A DNA stretch of 64,000 nucleotides from Octopus sinensis (Eukaryota), in NCBI RefSeq assembly GCF_006345805.1, contig NC_042999.1, forward strand, positions 144,088,001 through 144,152,000, read 5' to 3'. A model generated the notes under the pieces. It had not been told where the DNA came from and ran no database searches. It saw only the letters and a program-made list of their open reading frames with translations. Positions within the stretch are counted from its first letter, which is position 1, and the number at the start of each line of letters is the position of its first letter. Position numbers and translations under genes: made by a program. Positions 60,608 to 64,000 of this stretch are shown piece by piece.

Positions 60608-61205
60608 GGGATGGACGGACGGATGGATTTAGTGAATCGATACTGAGTGACGTGACAAATTCCCAGGCACGCTTGTTGCATGAAGAATAAATGGTAAAGT
60701 CTGAACTAACCCGTTAAATGTAATGAGCTATTCGTTAACGAAAGTAAATCATTTAGGTAATTTTTTTTTCTATTCATTGCGTGTGTTCAGTTTCGAAATT
60801 GGTCCTGGTGGAGTAGTGAGTTGGACAGAGCGCTCTTCCTTGCGTTTCTTACCATGATGTGAGGTTATCTGGGTATCAGATAAAAATGTGCCTATGCATG
60901 CATGCATGCATGCATGTATGTATGCATGTATGTATGTATGCATGTATGTATGTATGTATGTAAAACAGGATATCTTTCGCGTCTCCTTTCCTAAGAGCCT
61001 CAATTCTATTAGCCTCTTCCAGTAGTCTCTGTTGCACAGAGGCAATCTTCTTTGTACAGAGGCATTAAATTATCTTGAATATTGCTGTTAGTTTTATGTT
61101 CTGTGGCGACCATAAATGCAATATGAATTTTTTCTTACGTTTATGTATTTGTTTCGTAAGATTTCTGATGTGAAGCAGATATTATTGTATTTCCAGATGG
61201 TCATA

Positions 61206-61470
61206 TTTTTTTACCAAATAAACACATGCACTATATATTCGTTCTTCACTTCAGCTTTATTATTGTTCTTATGTCTAAGTCTTTCGTCAACGCCTTGCTA
61301 TCTCTGCGGCGAATCTTCATCCCTCGAGGAGACACGTGGGATGAAGAGTCGCTGAAGAGGTCACAGGAAGTGTGACGAAAGGCTGAGACGAGGGACACCA
61401 AAATAAGAGCAATAATAAAGCTGAAGTGAAGAACAAATATATAGTGCGTGTGTTTATTTAGCAAAAAAAA
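61206..61470. repeat. Fold-back element with about 68-bp outer arms, a 15-bp inner stem and a degenerate hammerhead motif
   Basis: 61206-61274 pairs with 61403-61470; 61309-61323 pairs with 61338-61352. CTGAAGA-g-gtcac..gtgac-GAAA at 61352-61380. Confidence 0.75.
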
Positions 61471-61699
61471 TTACCATCCCGTAACATAACAATAGACTTC
61501 TTTCTTCCGTATTATTTATGATCTCAGAATCCAACAAGTCGGTCGCCAGCACAGTTTTGCTACCTTTGTTATATGCACACTGAATGATTCATCACCACTT
61601 ATATGGATTCCCAAGTTACGCACTGACTCTAACTTTGAATTGCAATATCCTCTGATTCTGTGTATTGCCATTGCAATTTGTTTGTGAGTCGATAGGGGA

Positions 61700-62360
61700 G
61701 TGCTTGAAACTTGTAAACGTTGAACTGCATATTCTTTTCTTTAGCCCTTTTCTACATTGCGTACAAATCTTCCTGTAGTTTTGAGATATCTTCAGGGTCC
61801 TCGCTTGGCTGTTATACTTTTGTATCATCAACATAGTTGGTGAGAGTGATTGGTTGATTGGCTGAGGGCATGTCTGAGAGAGCCACCTCAAAGAGTACTG
61901 GTCCCATTACAGTTCTCTGAATGACTCCGCTTAGTACTGATGTCTCCTCAGAGCGTGCCGCATTGATACGACTGTCATGCAACCTAATTTCCAACGATAC
62001 CAAGGTCACGCAGCTTGTGACATATAACTCCATGATCAACTTTATCGAAGGTCTTGGCAAAGTCAAGATAACAGTAGAGCTGTTGTTTCAGTACCCAGTC
62101 AAAATGCTGTAGTATTGACAAAAAAATGACAGGTCCTTCCTGGACGGAAGCCATGCTGTGTGTTTGTGGGCAAGCCTTTTTCCCTCTAAAAACATAATTA
62201 TCTACCTTCTGACAATGCGTTCCATAGCTTTGCTGCCATGTAAGATCAGAGACATACGCCTGTAATTTTTAGCATCTCTAGCAGTGCCTTTTTGAAGTCA
62301 GATTCTCACTGTCATTAATTTCTTTATTTGAGCGATTTAAAACTTTTGTTCTACGTTTCA
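61700..62360 (-). mobile_element. Degraded CR1-type LINE RT fragment
   Basis: VLSGVIQRTVMGPVLF...LTNYVDDTKV, related to the fragment at 24530. Confidence 0.7.
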
Positions 62361-63858
62361 TAAGGACTCAGCTGTCACGAGGAATAATGCTTTTGCATGG
62401 ATTGGCTCTTCTCTTAGGGACAACTTTAGTGGATATGGCTTGCATTATTGGCATAAATTCTTCGAATTTCATATTAACGTCTTACATGGAGATTGTTGAA
62501 CCAATTTTGTTTGAGATTCTCCTTTTGAACCGATTTCCAGACAGCCCTGTAGGAATGATGATTTTTTTTTCTAATATTATTGGTTATCATCGTAAGACAG
62601 CGAGCGAGTAGAATCGTTACCACTCCAAGCAAAATGCATAGCGTCGTTTCGTCCGTCTTTACGTTCTGAGTTCAAATTCCGCCGAGGTCGACTTTGTTTT
62701 TCATCCTTTCAGGGTCGATGAAATAAATACCAGTTGAACATTGGAGTCGATGAAATCGACAATTCCCCTCCCGCAAAATTTCAGGCCTTGGACTTACAAT
62801 TAGGAAGGTTTATTAGTCATTATCGTCATTATTGCAATTATTGTTATTTATCATCCGCCATGTCACCTTCTAATCAATGATGATCGTCATGTTATTTTTT
62901 TCTTTTCAGACATACTGTATTTGCATTATTCTACATACTATATAAGTTACGTGGCCTAATAGTTAGGATGTTGCACTCATGGTTTCGATTCTCAGACCGG
63001 GCGACATGTTGCATTCTTGGGTAAAATCATTTTATTTCACGTAACTCTGCAATAACTTTTACGTCTGACGTATCGCACACAATATTTTTGCGGGTCCATA
63101 GTTGAGATTCCTTCCTCTGCTTGGGATGTTGGTGTTGGTGGTGATTTTGTTATTGCTTAGTCCAAGTCAGCACTTATCACGTAGACCTGTGACGAGAGAT
63201 GTTCCAGCCGTGAATTTCTCGTTTCATTATTATCTGCATGCTCAACCATGACCGATGTTCCTCTTCACGGCACAGGTCTCCCTAGTTAGTATTAAGATTT
63301 AGAAACAAGAGAGAAATCTCTAATAAAATCACCTCACTGAAATTTTCAGAAAATAAAGAGAATGATGTATAAGAAAGTAATTTATTTTCAAACCTGGTAA
63401 AAGCAACAGGTATGATTCGGTCTTATTTGAATATCAGTCTGGACTGGTAGAGTATATTTCTCATTGAAGCATCTGGACTCAGTTAGCAAAACTAAGAGTG
63501 TTTTATATATAAGAATAGAATTTTTCCCCAGTCAGATTTTTTATACCATTATCTTACCCGTTAACTCTTACGTCTAATTTTAATAAAGTCCTTCAAATTT
63601 AAGATTACCCATTAAATACTCTTTCATAAGAAGCTAAGTTAAAGCGCATAGGCTTTATCATTTAATCTATATGTACCATAAAAATAAGTTCGCAAAGACG
63701 CTCATTCGACCTGGGAGAAAGAGAGTCCAAATCTCCTTCAAATCTTAGACTATCACCTAAAAAAGAACGCATATGACAAATATAACTCACGATACATAAA
63801 GTCACAGAATTATCAAAGCAAGAATGCTCTTGATTATAGGACTGCTCGATCAGAATTC

Positions 63859-64000
63859 AGGGATCTTTTCGGTTTGAACGGCAGTTATTCTAGCGGTGTC
63901 ATATGAAATTGTCACCCATAATTATGACCCTAGTATCGATCTATTGCATTTCAATTTGTTTTAGGGTTAGGGTTAGTTAGGGTTAGGGTTAGGGGTGGGA
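63859..64000 (+). repeat. Start of a dispersed repeat containing (TTAGGG)n hexamers
   Basis: agggatcttttcggtttgaacggcag... followed by five TTAGGG units (one interruption) at 63961-63995, ending in ggggtggga at the window edge. Confidence 0.6.

Overview
AT-rich, microsatellite- and transposon-dense animal genomic DNA. The SINE and transposon repertoire points to a coleoid cephalopod, probably Octopus (inference). Nothing prokaryotic is present (no operons, no CRISPR). One host gene is supported: the 3' half of an M1-family aminopeptidase (aminopeptidase N / glutamyl aminopeptidase-like) on the + strand. It has 12 GT-AG coding exons (4433-57925) that splice in frame to 436 aa plus stop; the catalytic GAMEN/HEXXH exons lie left of the window. 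Its introns carry a Naiad-type Penelope-like retroelement (RT + GIY-YIG, open apart from one in-frame UGA) beside an intact hammerhead ribozyme, and two different ORF1-only (half-L1-like) retroelements stacked at the same site of a tRNA-derived SINE head. They also carry a young 5'-truncated CR1-type LINE, a twin-primed RTE-X insertion, mariner and Helitron derivatives, several fold-back palindromes and two large tandem arrays. Most listed ORFs are microsatellite or antisense artefacts. The best leads are the UGA-interrupted Naiad with its ribozyme and the SINE-targeted ORF1-only elements. All translations and alignments were done by eye; family names rest on recalled motifs, not database searches.
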